A DNA stretch of 64,000 nt from Neoechinorhynchus agilis. Lineage: Eukaryota > Animalia > Acanthocephala. The notes beneath the pieces were generated by a model. The model was not told where the DNA came from. It did no database searches and saw only the letters and a list, made by a program, of their open reading frames with translations. Shown piece after piece: positions 36,127-48,609 of the stretch. The stretch is taken from NCBI GenBank assembly GCA_051530055.1, contig CM121342.1, forward strand, positions 186,001-250,000. Direction: 5' to 3'. The translations under genes were made by a program, and so were the position numbers. Each line of letters starts with the position of its first letter. Position 1 is the first letter of the stretch.

Positions 36127-37805
36127 AAGCTGCATTTATTGAGTACAAATCAAATATTTTAAGATGTTTTTACTTTTCGGTCCGTCTTGGGGTCTCTTCT
36201 TTTAAATTCCTGGTATATTCTTTATCCAGTGCTTTTTCTTTTTGCATTGAAACGTGATCTTTATGTTGTCGTTGCCCGGGGCAACATTTATTGGTCCCTT
36301 AGGGCCCTTCTTCTGCCCATAAAAACGTGGAATGCGGCCAACGACTGTTCAGCCGCTGTTTTTGCAATATTCAGCGCCGTTTTATTCCCTATAGAGAGGA
36401 GCTTCAGGCGGCGGAGCAAGGATTGGGTAAATGTACCGCGCGACCCGACTGCAAGACCAATAGTGGCAACTTTATGTTGTTCGACTTTAAAGTGTGCGGC
36501 CACTACCGGAACAATCGGTGCGTACTTGTCTTCCATGCCCTTCATGACGGCTTCACCTCGGTCTCTTCCTGTCTCATAGTAGACAGCAACGTCTGCTATG
36601 AACACTTTGCCACTGGACTTGTTGCGCAAAATGAGATCTGGTTTGTGCAGATTGCCGGCCTCGTCATGAAACCGGTTCTGCTCCCAAACCTCAAATTTTG
36701 CCCAAGGTCGCTTCGCCAACGTCCATGTCAAGCGCGATTGCACCTTGTCATGGCGCCGGGTCATTATGGCTGAGGTGTACTCACATCCATTGAGAACATG
36801 AGAACAGGATTCAACCTTTGCGGTACAACGCCGACATGACTTGCCACGCTGATGGTCCATTCGGTTGAGAACCGAACCAACCTCTAAGAGCTGAAGCCGA
36901 AGCTTTACATGCTCTACGTAAGAGCTGTGTCGACCTTGTCTATACCGGAACGATATAAGACTTCGGTCAACAAGCCCCTCCGTAAAGCACTCATGACCAA
37001 GCGCTTGCGTCGTCGCGTCTTTCCACTTTTGTATGCAATACTTTTGGAATAATCCGCGTGGATTGACTTGACTCAGCTCGGGTTGATCACTAAGCTTTTT
37101 GAGGTGGTCTGTCACCGAACCGATCTCTTTGCGGAGATCAATGGCGCCTCCGAATTTATCCAGCACCGCTTTCAAAGCATTGAGCCGTGTGCACTGCACT
37201 TGCTGAATGTGTTCATCACATATCTGCTAAGATATTGTGGACACCACGTCATCCCAACCAAACACGGATCGAAGGCACGAATGCCTCTCACCGTTATTCG
37301 GTCAGGCCCAGGTGCGCTTGAGGTCTTTACGCCTTTTAAAGCATTTTGAACCTCCACCACTGTGATTGACGGCCACCGCTCATCCGTTATAGTTTCAGAA
37401 GTAGCCGGACTGATCTGGATGTTTCCGGGATGAGCTCGATCATCCCCTTCGAAAAGTTTCCTATAATGATCCACTGTGTGATCGATGCCAAGTGGACATT
37501 CTCGCCGCTCTGCATCCTTGAACACCTCGGCCGCAAGCCTTGAGGTGTTCGCGAAATACAGAGCTCTGTTACGCCGTCTCTTAAGCCCCCGCTCCATGAA
37601 TCTATTCAGGCCACGAAGCCTAACGCATGGGTAAGTGCCTGAGTTATCGATCCATATATTATATACGTGCCTTCCGACACCAGGGCAAAAAATTCGGCGT
37701 TCATTCTTATCGAAGGGGGAGTGGACCGTGAAATCGCAGGAGTATGCTGCGGCAGCAGCGAACATCACAAAACAATGGAGATACAACCGTTCCTTTCTGG
37801 AGCCC
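36127..37805 (-). mobile_element. R2-like subfamily A' inserted in 28S; 5'-truncated, RT core deleted, CCHC-RLE ORF intact (36288-37199)
   Basis: 5' junction 28S ..GGACGTAACT|GGGCTCC; 3' junction AATAAATGCAGCTT|TAGCC. Confidence 0.92.
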
Positions 37806-37852
37806 AGTTACGTCCACCGTTTACCCGCGCTTAAATTAATTTCTTCACTTTA

Positions 37853-37883
<31 letters not shown>

Positions 37884-40604
37884 CGTCAACACCGATTACA
37901 GCTATCGCAATGCTTTGTTTTAATTAAACAGTTGGATATCCCTTGTCCATACCAGTTCTAGGCCAGCTGTTTAACGCTGATCGGATCCCCGCGCAAGAAG
38001 CGAGCGTACCCGTCTGGATACGTCGAACAGACGCGGAGCATAGCTATCGCTGCCCACAGTACGCAGCACCAAGTTCCGTCCTCGAAATCGATTCTTTCGA
38101 CAGAGCAAATAACTGAGACAGATCCAAGAGTCGACAACATACCGCTTCTCGCGACAGCCCGGCCAGCTCAGCTTGTAGAGCCAATCCTTTTTCCGAAGTT
38201 ACGGATCTAATTTGCCGACTTCCCTTGCCTACGTTTCCCTATCGACTAGAGGCTACTCACCTTGGAGACCTGCTGCGGAAATCAGTACGAACAGGTACGG
38301 TCTGAATATTTTCGCACCCAGATTTTCAAGGACAATACGAAGCGCTCGGTACATCGCAGGATTCGCGCTGCATTACGGAACGTGTACCCTATCAACAGAC
38401 GATATAATTCCAGGGATAAAGTTCCTAACAAAGAAGAGAAAACTCTTCCCCAGACTTCGTATAGTTATTCTCTGGGATTGCTCGTGTCACCACTTATGCT
38501 GAACATCATCTGCCCAAGAAGAACATCTGAATAGATCAAGCATAAACCGCATTCTGGCTCGGGAATATTAACCCGATTCCCTTTCGATTGTATTGCGCAA
38601 TGCAACACGCTTAATCACGAATTTGCACGTTTTCTTAGGATCGGCTGATCCATGTCCAAATGTTGTTCACATGGAACCTTTCTCCACTTCAGTCTTCAAT
38701 GCTCTCATTTGAATACTTGCTCCTACCACCAAGATCTGCACTAGCGGCGGCTTCACTCCACCTCACGGTGCAAGTTTCAACACCACCGCATACGCCCTTC
38801 TACACGTCAAGCCATTTGTACATTTGTGTCTGGCATCGACGGTCAAGCATGGATATACGTCTCCAGCGCCATCCATTTTAAGGGTCAGTCGATTCGGCAG
38901 GTGAGTTTTTACACACTCCTTAGCGGATTCCTACTTCTGCGGCCACCGTCCTGCTGTCAATATCGACTGACACCTTTCATGGTATCTCATGAGAGGCACT
39001 TTTGGCACCCTAGCTCAACGTTTGGTTCATCCCACATCGCCAGTTCTGCTTACCAAAAATGGCCCTCTTGGTGCCATCGCATTTACACCCGACACTCAGC
39101 AGCAGCATAAGCAACTGTGAAGAAGTGACCGAGCTTATTACCCATTTAAAGTTTGAGAATAGGTCGAGGACAATTCGTCCCCAATGCCTCTAATCATTCG
39201 CTTAACCAGATAAAACTGTCTTATGCAACACCAGCTTTCCTGGGGGAAACTTCGAAGGGAACCAGCTACTAGATGGTTCGATTAGTCTTTCGCCCCTATA
39301 CCCAAATCTGACGATTGATTTGCTCGTCAAAAACGCTACGGACCTCCACCAGAGTTTCCTCCGGCTTCATCCTACTCAGGCATAGTTCACCATCTTTCGG
39401 GTCTCAACATGTACGCTCAATTGCGAACAACAACCAACAGTACCTTGCATGTGCCATCCATCATAGGTGATGACCCGGCTAACGGCCAATAACCGCAGCT
39501 GGTTATCACAATCATTAACAAACTCGCGTTAACTATACTATCCAGCTTTATTGATCTGGATAACTCGCGCATTTGTTGAACTCCTTAGCCCGTGTTTCAA
39601 GACGGTTCAAATGATGCCGCCGTTTTACCCGCATTATCTTCTCGAACATCCGACTGAATCCGCAATCAACATCGACGAACAAGCCTAACAGTGAGTGAAG
39701 CAATACCGAAAGAATCCAACGATGCTGTATTCTTTCGGTGTTGTATCACTCACTGTTAGGCTTGTTCGTCGATGTTGATTGACGAACAAGCTTAACAGTG
39801 AGTGAAACAACACCGAAGAACAAGCCTAACAGTGAGTGAAATAACACCGAAAGAATCCAACGATGCTGGCGATTACGTCATTGGAATGCTCAATTTTAGT
39901 TTAAAAACTCAACCTCAACCGACCGTTGCCTGCAAAGGCAATTTGACCACCACATAGATATGTGCTCTTGCGAACTCATCCAATGTCAATTCACCAATAT
40001 CGACAAAGTCAATAGGTGAAGTTCAACGCGTCTGCGGCAGAGGCAAAGTCATCCAGAGCGTCAGCCAACAAATTGCGATGTACGCTGCAGTACACATACA
40101 CGAGTTTGTGTATGTACCAGCAGATAACACATCTGAATTGCCAAGACCGAACCTTATGCGTACCCATTTGCTTTTCAATGTGCAGTTTCACGTACTATTT
40201 AACTCTCTTTTCAAAGTCCTTTTCAACTTTCCCTCACGGTACTTCTTCGCTATCGGCACCGCCGTCATATTTAGTTTTGTATGGAGTTTACCACATATAT
40301 TTGAATTGCAATCTCAAACAATTCGACTCACAAATCAGTTCTAGGGAACAGCAGTCAAGGCGTAGCAAATACGGGACTATCACCCTCTTCGGCCAATGCC
40401 GTATTCAACCTGGACTTATTGCCACGCAACTGAACCCACAAACTGATCGTACACCACAATTCGCAGCTGACAAGTCAGCGCGATTCAGTTATGAACTATT
40501 CCCTGTTCATTCGCCATTACTATGGGAATCCCTGTTGGTTTCTTTTCTTCCGCTTATTGATATGCTTAAGTTCAGCGGATTCTCCCATCCAAACTGAGAA
40601 CGTG
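37806..40604 (-). rRNA. 28S: 28S rRNA 5' portion, up to ~15 nt before the R2 site
   Basis: CCGCTGAACTTAAGCATATCAATAAGCGG at the 5' end; GTTGACGCAATGTGATTTCTGCCCAGTGCTCTGAATG near the 3' break. Confidence 0.96.
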
Positions 40605-40949
40605 ACTTTCATGCAAATTCTGCTAATAAAAGTATTATGCAACAACGTGTACTCTCCTCATCTTACACAACTCATCATCATCTACTCGAACGTAGAACGC
40701 ACGATCAATATTTAGTCGACTCAAATACCTTCACAATTATTGAACCCTTTCACCGTCAACAGTATTGATTCACGTGTTGCATAACTATATTAGCAGTAGC
40801 ATCTCTGCAATAATTTTTTCTCATTTACCTTATCTTAGTTTCCTGCGCGTCACCCAGAGGCAAACGCAGTAACCGTAAAGTCAATGGCAACGATCAGAAG
40901 ATCAATTTCCATTGACATTCACCCACACTTGCATACTTTAGCATTAAAT
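40605..40949 (-). other. ITS2
   Basis: Lies between the 5.8S and the 28S. Confidence 0.85.
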
Positions 40950-41104
40950 GTTACTCAGTCGGATGTGGCTGCGAATATTGCATTCACAGTCGCCATTTGC
41001 GTTCGAACATTTTCCGTTCCAGGAGATCTGCATTTCGCGGAACTTATCGCACTTTGCGGCGTTCTTCATCGAACGACGGTCCAAGTGATCCACCGCACAC
41101 TGTG
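40950..41104 (-). rRNA. 5.8S: 5.8S rRNA
   Basis: GCGGTGGATCACTTGG..TCGATGAAGAACGC..TTCGAACGCA on the minus strand. Confidence 0.93.
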
Positions 41105-41373
41105 TGTATTTATATATATTGACATCATGCCTTCGAACGTGCGCATCTTGTGCACACGTACGCGACCACACCATCATGACCTTTGGTTTACAAAGACTCA
41201 CGATGACGACGACCACCACGACCACAACTGTCTCTACGTCACTACCAAGATCCCACTGTTTTTTGAATATAGTCACAACTGTGACGATTACAAACGCGTA
41301 TTCAACCACGTTGCCAGCTCATGACGATAGTCAACGACCACCTTTTCCAATTTAACTTGTCTACGTTGATACC
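41105..41373 (-). other. ITS1 (partial, fused to a truncated 18S)
   Basis: Position upstream of the 5.8S; the 18S 3' end is missing. Confidence 0.7.
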
Positions 41374-41794
41374 TCGCGCTCACTAGGAATTTGTCTTTCA
41401 CGAAGAATAATTACAATCTCCTATCCCAATCGTGAAAGCCATTTATGATTCCCTGTTCCTTACGAAACAGGAATGCCTTTTGAAGCCTCCATTGTAGTGC
41501 GCGTGCAGCCCCGAACATCTAAGGGCATCACAGACCTGTTATTGCTCAACTTTGAGTGCCTCACGACACTTGTCCCTCTAAGAAGCGTTTTGACGGCGTT
41601 ACCACTCAATAACAAGAATGATATGAGGGCTTGCTCGTCACACCAATTAATAGGCTAGAGTCTCGTTCGTTATCGGAATAGCCATGCACCACCACCCACC
41701 GAATCAAGAAAGAGCTGTCAACCTGTCAATCCTCACGGTGTTCGGACCGAGTATGTTTTCGTGCGTTAAGTCAAATTGAGCCGCAGGCTCCACT
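41374..41794 (-). pseudogene. 18S rRNA fragment with an internal ~32-nt deletion
   Basis: Homologous to ~63290-63742; cggaata is joined to gccatgcacc, skipping aaccagacaaatcactccaccaactacgaacg. Confidence 0.9.
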
Positions 41795-41799
41795 ACCAG

Positions 41800-42830
41800 A
41801 TTTGATTCGGGTGTCTTTTGTAAACTGCAATCCTAAAACAAAGTGTCAAAAATTTAATAAGCAACATAAAACCGTTATTGCAGGTGAATTCGACGTCAAA
41901 ATTAGATCTATAAAAGTTAATTTGATCTTAAATTTATTGATGTTTTCATATCAACAATCAAGGTAATTAATATCAATAATCAAGGTTATAAGCCTAAAAA
42001 TTGAAAACGAATATCTCAATAACCATGACAGCTATCGTAGATCCGTATACAGATTTGGAATCGGCGCATAAAGATGTACTAAGTGAACTGATTTATGATA
42101 CTACAGCTTTATTATTTACGTCGGTAATCGCATTATATTATTTGGTCAAAAGTCACAAGAGTGAAAGATTACTAAATTTGCAAGATTCATTAAAATTGGA
42201 TAACACCATTGAAATTAGCGCTTCAGATATGGTCAAATTGATATATCATTTTGTTACCACTTTTAAGCACCATGGATGTTTTTCAGGTTTCTTATATGAA
42301 CTTGAATATTAAAACATTGTGTCAAAATTTAACAAGCAACAAGACGAAGTTATTGCAGGTGTATTCCGCATCAAAAGTAGATATAGAAAGATTAATGTGA
42401 TCTGAATTGTATTGATGGTTTAATATCAATAATCAAGGTTATAGGTCTCAAAATTGAAAAACGAATAACTCAAGAGCCATGACAGCTATCGCAGATCCGA
42501 ATACAGATTTAACATCAGTTCGTAAAGATGTACTAAATGAACTGATTTAGCAAACTACAGCTGTATTATTTACGTCGGAAATCGCATGATCATATTTGGT
42601 CAAAAGTCACATTAGTGAAAGATCACTAAATTTTGCAAGATTCGTTAAAATTGGATAACATTATTGAAATTAGGGCATTAGATATGGTCAAATTAATATA
42701 TCATTTTGTTAGAACTTTTAAGCACCATGGATATAATTCCAGTGTCTTATATGAACTAGAATCTTAAAACTAAGTGTCAAAATTTAAAAAGCAACGAGAA
42801 ACCGTTATTGCAGGTGTATTCCGCACTCAA
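41800..42830. repeat. Tandem repeat, ~454-bp unit; inverted relative of the 8.5-10.3 kb repeat
   Basis: The gtgtcaaaa..gttattgcaggtg anchor occurs at ~41843, 42319 and 42773. aaagtcaca..gtgaaagat..ctaaat is shared with the reverse complement of ~8600-8670. Confidence 0.8.
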
Positions 42831-42899
42831 ATGTTTTGATGAAGTCACAAATTGTTTTGATTACATCGCTCAAATTGCTTATTACGTTTCAGAATTTTT

Positions 42900-43280
42900 T
42901 GTTGAATTGATAATTCATTGTTATTTGTCGATAGGAGAGATAAATGAAATTAAGATTTTTATTCGATATTTCGATCCACTATCTCCGATCTTCTTCAGCG
43001 ATCTAAAACACATACACAGGGATTCTCAATTCATGCGTCACATTACATCCGGTGGGAGTCGCATCCTTAATTTGAAATCAGGTTTATTACCCTGAAACGT
43101 TTCGAACCTATTTATATATAAGGATTCGATGATAATACGTTCGAAACGCCGATCATTGCGAACTAGTGTTGTAGCGGCACTAAAATCAATAGTGTGCCCT
43201 GTGTTTTTTGCATGGGCCACCACTGCGGAACTAATATCAGCGGCCCATTTTCGGTGAGGCCCTGCTACAAAACGCGTCAT
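42900..43280 (-). mobile_element. PLE 3' remnant (GIY-YIG tail + pLTR)
   Basis: SAVVAHAKNTGHTIDF..FQGNKPDFKLRMRLPPD. Confidence 0.85.
42961..43002 (-). ncRNA. Hammerhead ribozyme (near consensus)
   Basis: ATCG-CTGAAGA-A-GATC ggagatagtg GATC-GAA-ATAT-CGAAT. Confidence 0.6.
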
Positions 43281-43289
43281 TCTTAAGAC

Positions 43290-45902
43290 AAAAAGAGAAA
43301 ATGGAATTGGTCAAGAGAATGAACTACTGGCCGCAACTATAAACAATATTAACTTAAAATCCCATGTTTCACAACTTTGAGCGCTATCACGTGTGCTTAT
43401 AAAATATATATTTGTTGAACTAATATCCGTGTTACGAAGGGGTGAATTCCAATGTATCACAAAGGATGTTCGTTCATAAGCATAATGTTGCTCTGTGGGA
43501 ATGCTCTATTTGTCTGAAATACGAATGCAAGGAAGTAAGATCAATGGGCCCTCGCCTAAAGAACTGTCAAGAAATTTTCACGGACAAGACAAGAAGCATT
43601 CGCAAAAATATGCGGGACCAATGCGCAATACAAGACAAAGGCAATTCGTTACACTCTACTCTGGTGCAAGGAGCCCAACTGTATGCCCAGTTTGTTCACT
43701 AAAAATTATTGGACGTGGGCAATTCAATTATATAGTTGGTCATATAAAAATCTGCCATGATTGTATGGATTTCAAATGGAGCTGCAACAATTGCAACAAT
43801 CACACCTCATCATCTTTTATATTTGCCAGAGACCACTTCAACCAGTGTGTGAAGCCAATAACGAAAACGAGCAACAATAACAATAAAATAACCTGCATAA
43901 ACACTGACAGTGAGAAAAGGTCTACCTCAGCTTTGATTGTCGACCCAGCGGCAACAGAGCAGAAATCTACCTTATTTCCAACATGTAGTGAAAGTGAATC
44001 TTTTGAATCTCATTATTGCTACATATTTCGGCGGATTGATCTACATTAGAAGTATCAACAACTCAAGAAGCTCTCAATTTCCAGGGAGCAGAATTAAACA
44101 GTCCCGCTACGTCGATGCCTGACCAGCGTGAATTCCGATCTCATGTAACTCAACATGTTCCGCACATGCAGTCAAACAATTTTACTTCGGAAGATTTTTT
44201 GAGTATCTATTTAGTTCTCCACTTAATGGCAGGATCCTCGCTACCGAAATTGCTTGGAACGCGAGCGCAAAATAACGCGCAATCACTCAGGGGCAATCAA
44301 TTCCCAGTTTTTGGAAGAATTAGACGGCCGGTACAGCAATTACTTACGACGTGGGAAGCCGATCAATTCCGAGTCAAATACATGTTCAAAAGCAAAGGAG
44401 TTATGACTTCGAATTGTGAAACTTAGAAAGTCACCAACGATCGCGTTGTCCGCGGTTACGTTTCATATTTTTGACAATCCGGTCCTAATTCGAAAAGTTC
44501 AGGCGCAACTGCATGAAGAAATCGGAGCAAATCTATAATACTTTGAATGCCTCTGACAAACAATGCTGGGCGCAAACATTACAATAGAGGATGCGATTGA
44601 AGCGCTAAAGAAATGCCGAGTGATATCACAACACTTTATATTATGGGCAGCAACGTCCGCTTATGAATGCGACTTCTTTGTAAATGGGTCAAACACAAAT
44701 GCTCCTCTAAGGATTCGATCCAGAAAAATAGCCAAGGCATCGTATAACATTTGTTTTTTACATCAGGGAAGTGATGGTACCTCTTCAACTCGGATGAAAC
44801 GTTAAGAGTTCGTACATTTCTCGAGAAATGTAACGGATCTTAATAGTCTTTTTGAAGATACCAAGCAAGCGGGTTTGTGTCCTACACAAGCAGCGCGTAT
44901 CTCGGCTACAAGCTGCTCACTGAATTTTGTCAACTTCCCTAGACAAGCTTGAACAGCACTGGAGGACAAAACTGAAGAAGTTGTTATTTCTCCCCCATTT
45001 TTTAAATGATGGGGTAATGTTCTTGCCATTAAGCAAAGGAGGACTTGGGTTCTCGTCAATTAAGAATTTCGTGATGAGTTCAAGAATGAAGAGTTACACT
45101 GCAGCAAATTCACACTATCGTGACTTGGACGAAGACCAGCGTATTTACAAAAATCTCGAGGAATATGTTATCAGCATCGCTGGATCACCGTCCAACTTCT
45201 CAGTCCAGAACATGAGGAATATTTAAACAAGATACCTCGAGAAAAAGGGGGAAGACGCAACTACTTAATCTCTGGGAATAAGCGCGATCACGGGAGGACA
45301 TTTTAATCATTCGGCACGGACTTTCATGGGCTCAACAGAAGCGATGGGGCTCTCGGTGGGAGATTCAAACCGAGAACCGTATCTACGATAAACAAGGGCG
45401 TCTCAACAAGCCAGATCTAATACTAGTAGACCGACAGCAGAAAAAGGCAAAAATAATTGATATTGCGGTTTATTACGAGACAACAAAGGAGCGAAGCGAA
45501 AATACTATCCTGGAAAAAGAAGATAAATATAAACATATCACGGAGCAAATTGCATCGCTATATAATCTGGAACTGCATGATGTGAAAACAATTGGATTGG
45601 CAGTTGGAACGCGTGGAGCGTACACGCCCGAATTACTTAAAGGATTACGCTTGTTCAATCAATCAGAAAAGACCGCGGAAAATATGTCAAAAACAGCAGC
45701 CGATAAATCAATTCAAGTTTACAACAACTTTATGGGCCACACTTGGTCACTGCGTTGACAGAAAACAAATTACAATTAAAAAAAATCAAGAGCAACACAA
45801 AAACAGGCAAACAAACAAAACTAACAACCAAATCAAGATAACGATGAAAAAAAAGATTGAATGCACAAACATCTATGTGCTAACATCTAATAAATGCGAA
45901 TT
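43290..45902 (+). mobile_element. R2-like family E: zinc fingers, OTU-like domain, RT core deleted, thumb and RLE remnants, 3' UTR
   Basis: CPVC..HIKICH / CNNC..HFNQC; LRIVKLRKSPTIALSAV; LPLSKGGLG; ends AATAAATGCGAATT|TAGC. Confidence 0.85.
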
Positions 45903-46062
45903 TAGCAAAATTCCTACTGTCCCTGTCTGCAGCCTAGCGAAACCACATCCAAGGGAACAGGCTCGTAGAGTAACAGCGGGGAAAGAATACCCTGTTGAGC
46001 TTGACTCTAGTCAGTCTCTGTGAAGAAACCTGACGTTCGTCAAATAGGTGGGAGGCCGCGCC
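45903..46062 (+). pseudogene. 28S fragment downstream of the R2 site, with a ~45-nt deletion
   Basis: tagcaaa|attcctactgtccctgtctgcagcctagcgaaacc..ctgtgaagaaac. Confidence 0.9.
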
Positions 46063-46085
46063 GCCCGCGTCCATCGGTTACGGAA

Positions 46086-46536
46086 CGCTCATCTTTAGAT
46101 GACGCTCGTCATACTGATCAACACCAACATCATCATCCGAATAATCAACAGCGAACCAAGTGTGGCCATCGACGAAGTAGCATTAATTGTACAGGCAAAA
46201 CGATAAGAATGAAGTGCCCAATCAATCAAGTCGATACCCTTCTTTGACCGACATGCAATCTCGATTTGCTTGGGCAATCAAAGTTTAATTCGCTTCTCGA
46301 ACACTTCCATGGTACTCATGAATTTGCGGAGGTTACTTGGGTTTGTCCCACATGTGATCAGTTCGAGCACCGTGAGTCGCAGTCGGATTTCACTTTCGCC
46401 GATGCAAATCAATTCAATGCGACAAATTCAGAAAATTTAGTATTGAGTATTTCCAATCCTCTTGCCAACGTTACAACGGCACCATCCGCAATTATCTTAT
46501 ACAAATCGGGATGGCAACAATCGACCACAACAGGAC
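46086..46536 (+). mobile_element. Third copy of the ZF-to-CCHC fusion element, cut by a PLE
   Basis: Homologous to 5012-5475. Confidence 0.8.
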
Positions 46537-46559
46537 GATATAATGTTTGAGATATGGGA

Positions 46560-47020
46560 ATTGAAGTAAGAATTAATTTATTAATTGAATATTTCGATCC
46601 AAACTAGGATCTTCTTCAGCGAATTCTAAAAAGAGAGGTAGGGAATGCCAAAAATATCGCACGTTCATCTTATCGGGTGGAATCCGAAGCTTCAATCTGT
46701 AATCTGGCTTGTTTCCATCAAAAATGGTTGACGATTGGATATACACAGCTTCCATAACTGAATCGATCGTGATTTCGTAATAACACTTGTATGTTATCAA
46801 AATCGATCTGATGTCCAGTATTCACAGCGTGTGAGACCACTGCAGAACTCATGTCATTCTTTCTATTTATCGATCGCTTGTGCTCCTGAATTCTCCTGTT
46901 TAGATCGTTCGTTTGCCCGATGTAGACCTGATTACATTCACTACATGGAATCTTGCATACTGATCCAGATTGAGGCTCGCCTTTTTGTTGGGGCAAAGCA
47001 AGCAGGCCTATTTTTCCTAT
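46560..47020 (-). mobile_element. PLE 3' remnant (GIY-YIG + pLTR)
   Basis: KIPCSECNQVYIGQT..RRIQEH; FDGNKPDYRLKLRIPPD. Confidence 0.88.
46583..46625 (-). ncRNA. Hammerhead ribozyme
   Basis: AATTCG-CTGAAGA-A-GATCC tagttt GGATC-GAA-ATAT-T-CAATT, followed by AATAAA. Confidence 0.7.
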
Positions 47021-47029
47021 CCCATTAAA

Positions 47030-48280
47030 AGATTATCACGCGTATTAATTATCCAATTCAACCCGGTAATGCCTAAACAATCAATGTTATATTAAACCGT
47101 TACCCCGTGGGTTCGTTCATTAAAAAACCAGGGCGTAAAAAGCATCAAATCTACGAATCATTTAGGTGGAACAACGAAGTTCTACTTAACAAACCAAAAA
47201 TGGCTCTCCCTTTCTCGTGACTTCCTAAATTCCAAGCTGCCCAATTAGATCTTCAGTCTCCACAACATAACAAAGAGCTCAATTCCTCACCAACGGACTT
47301 TAGCCGAGTATGAGCCAAGAAGGCAGGCAGGTCTCATTTCAACTTTTGAGTTATCGCTCAATGCAAATGTTATCTCTTCATTCGTTTCGAATGAATTGCC
47401 CTACTCCCTCTTAATTTTTTTTATTCAATTAGCAGCAATTTACCATTGTGAACTTATACATAATACCCGACTTTACGCATCGTCCCTCCACTAAAAATAG
47501 GCTTAAGTGGCTTCTCAAATCTAATATCGATGTTATAGTTGAAGATTTTATTGGTCCCTCCCTTAAATCGATTAAACCAATAGTTAAAGCAGTAAGAAAT
47601 CTCGACTTTACGATAACACTGACTCCCTCTTTTTATTTGGTCACAAACAGCACTCATTCATAGATCTCTTCGTACATTAGAGGAGTATTAATTTCTTACT
47701 TCGAGTCAAAAGTCAAGTATTTTTGTTTGACTTTGCTAGACACGACGTTGCACCATCGTCCTGCCTACCCAATGACTCATTGCGTATAAACTCAGTAATC
47801 GATAACCTTTTATCTCTTCAATTTTCTCAGGTAAATCTTAAGTATGTTCCCCTCTTATTAATAACTTTATTTATAGGACTGCTTGCAAATTTCACCAACC
47901 GGAAGCCGAAACTTTCAAACTGTCAAAAATCCATCACGTTAGATAATATTCTTGGAACAGTATTTGAATTTCACTCACTAAGTTGTGCTAAATGCAATAG
48001 GCCATCCATAGTTTTCCGCAGGCTAATAGCAATCCGTTCTGATCGGATTCTTAATGACATCCTAAAAGCATGGCCGATGAATCAAAAATTATCCTCTTCT
48101 AATAGCATCACTGGCACCAAATTTTTTAATCTTCTGTCGCAGGATTCTATTTACTTTTTGCAAAACTGGTGCCTTTCTATTACGACCATGCCACCTCAAA
48201 AACGTTATAATATCCTCTTACTGGAGTACCGCAGTGTTCGCCGCTTTCGCCTATTTTATATCTACTGCCTTCCCAATACC
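47030..48280 (-). pseudogene. Highly decayed APE-type LINE ORF2 (CR1/L2-like) remnant
   Basis: Eroded RT motifs on the minus strand: RPACLLGSYSAKV (cf. RPISLL..SKV) and CLGITGLNWII (cf. GI.G..L.WI); many stops. Confidence 0.45.
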
Positions 48281-48324
48281 TAACACAAAATTTTAAAATT
48301 AATGCATCACTGACATGTTAACAA

Positions 48325-48406
48325 ACAAACGGAAGATGAAGCCGACGAGGTTGGAAACGTCGTTAATAAGTAATCATTTACCGGGTGTAGACCTAAACAA
48401 TAATTC
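48325..48406 (+). repeat. Solo pLTR with an inactivated hammerhead; same family as 15475-15600
   Basis: GGAAGA-TGAAGC cgacga GGTTG-GAAACGTC-GTT then taatcatttaccgggtgtagacctaaacaataattc. Confidence 0.7.
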
Positions 48407-48609
48407 CACATAACTTTTGTAATTAAAACCAACAGGGTGGCTAAGATGAAACTCCGAATCAAACAATGTGTTGAATATCTGATTTTATCTTTACCTAAAA
48501 TCAGCTTATCCCTAAGCCTATCCAAAACACAGTATATTTTGTTGCACTTTCCAATCGGCTCCATAAAGATCTTAAGCTTTTCTTTGATGATTTTATGTTC
48601 GCATAGCAA

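Noticed and set aside
38212-41658. ORFs overlapping rRNA genes and spacers (also 58319-59751 and 62118-63764)
   Set aside because: These are antisense or shadow frames of rDNA with no protein motifs.
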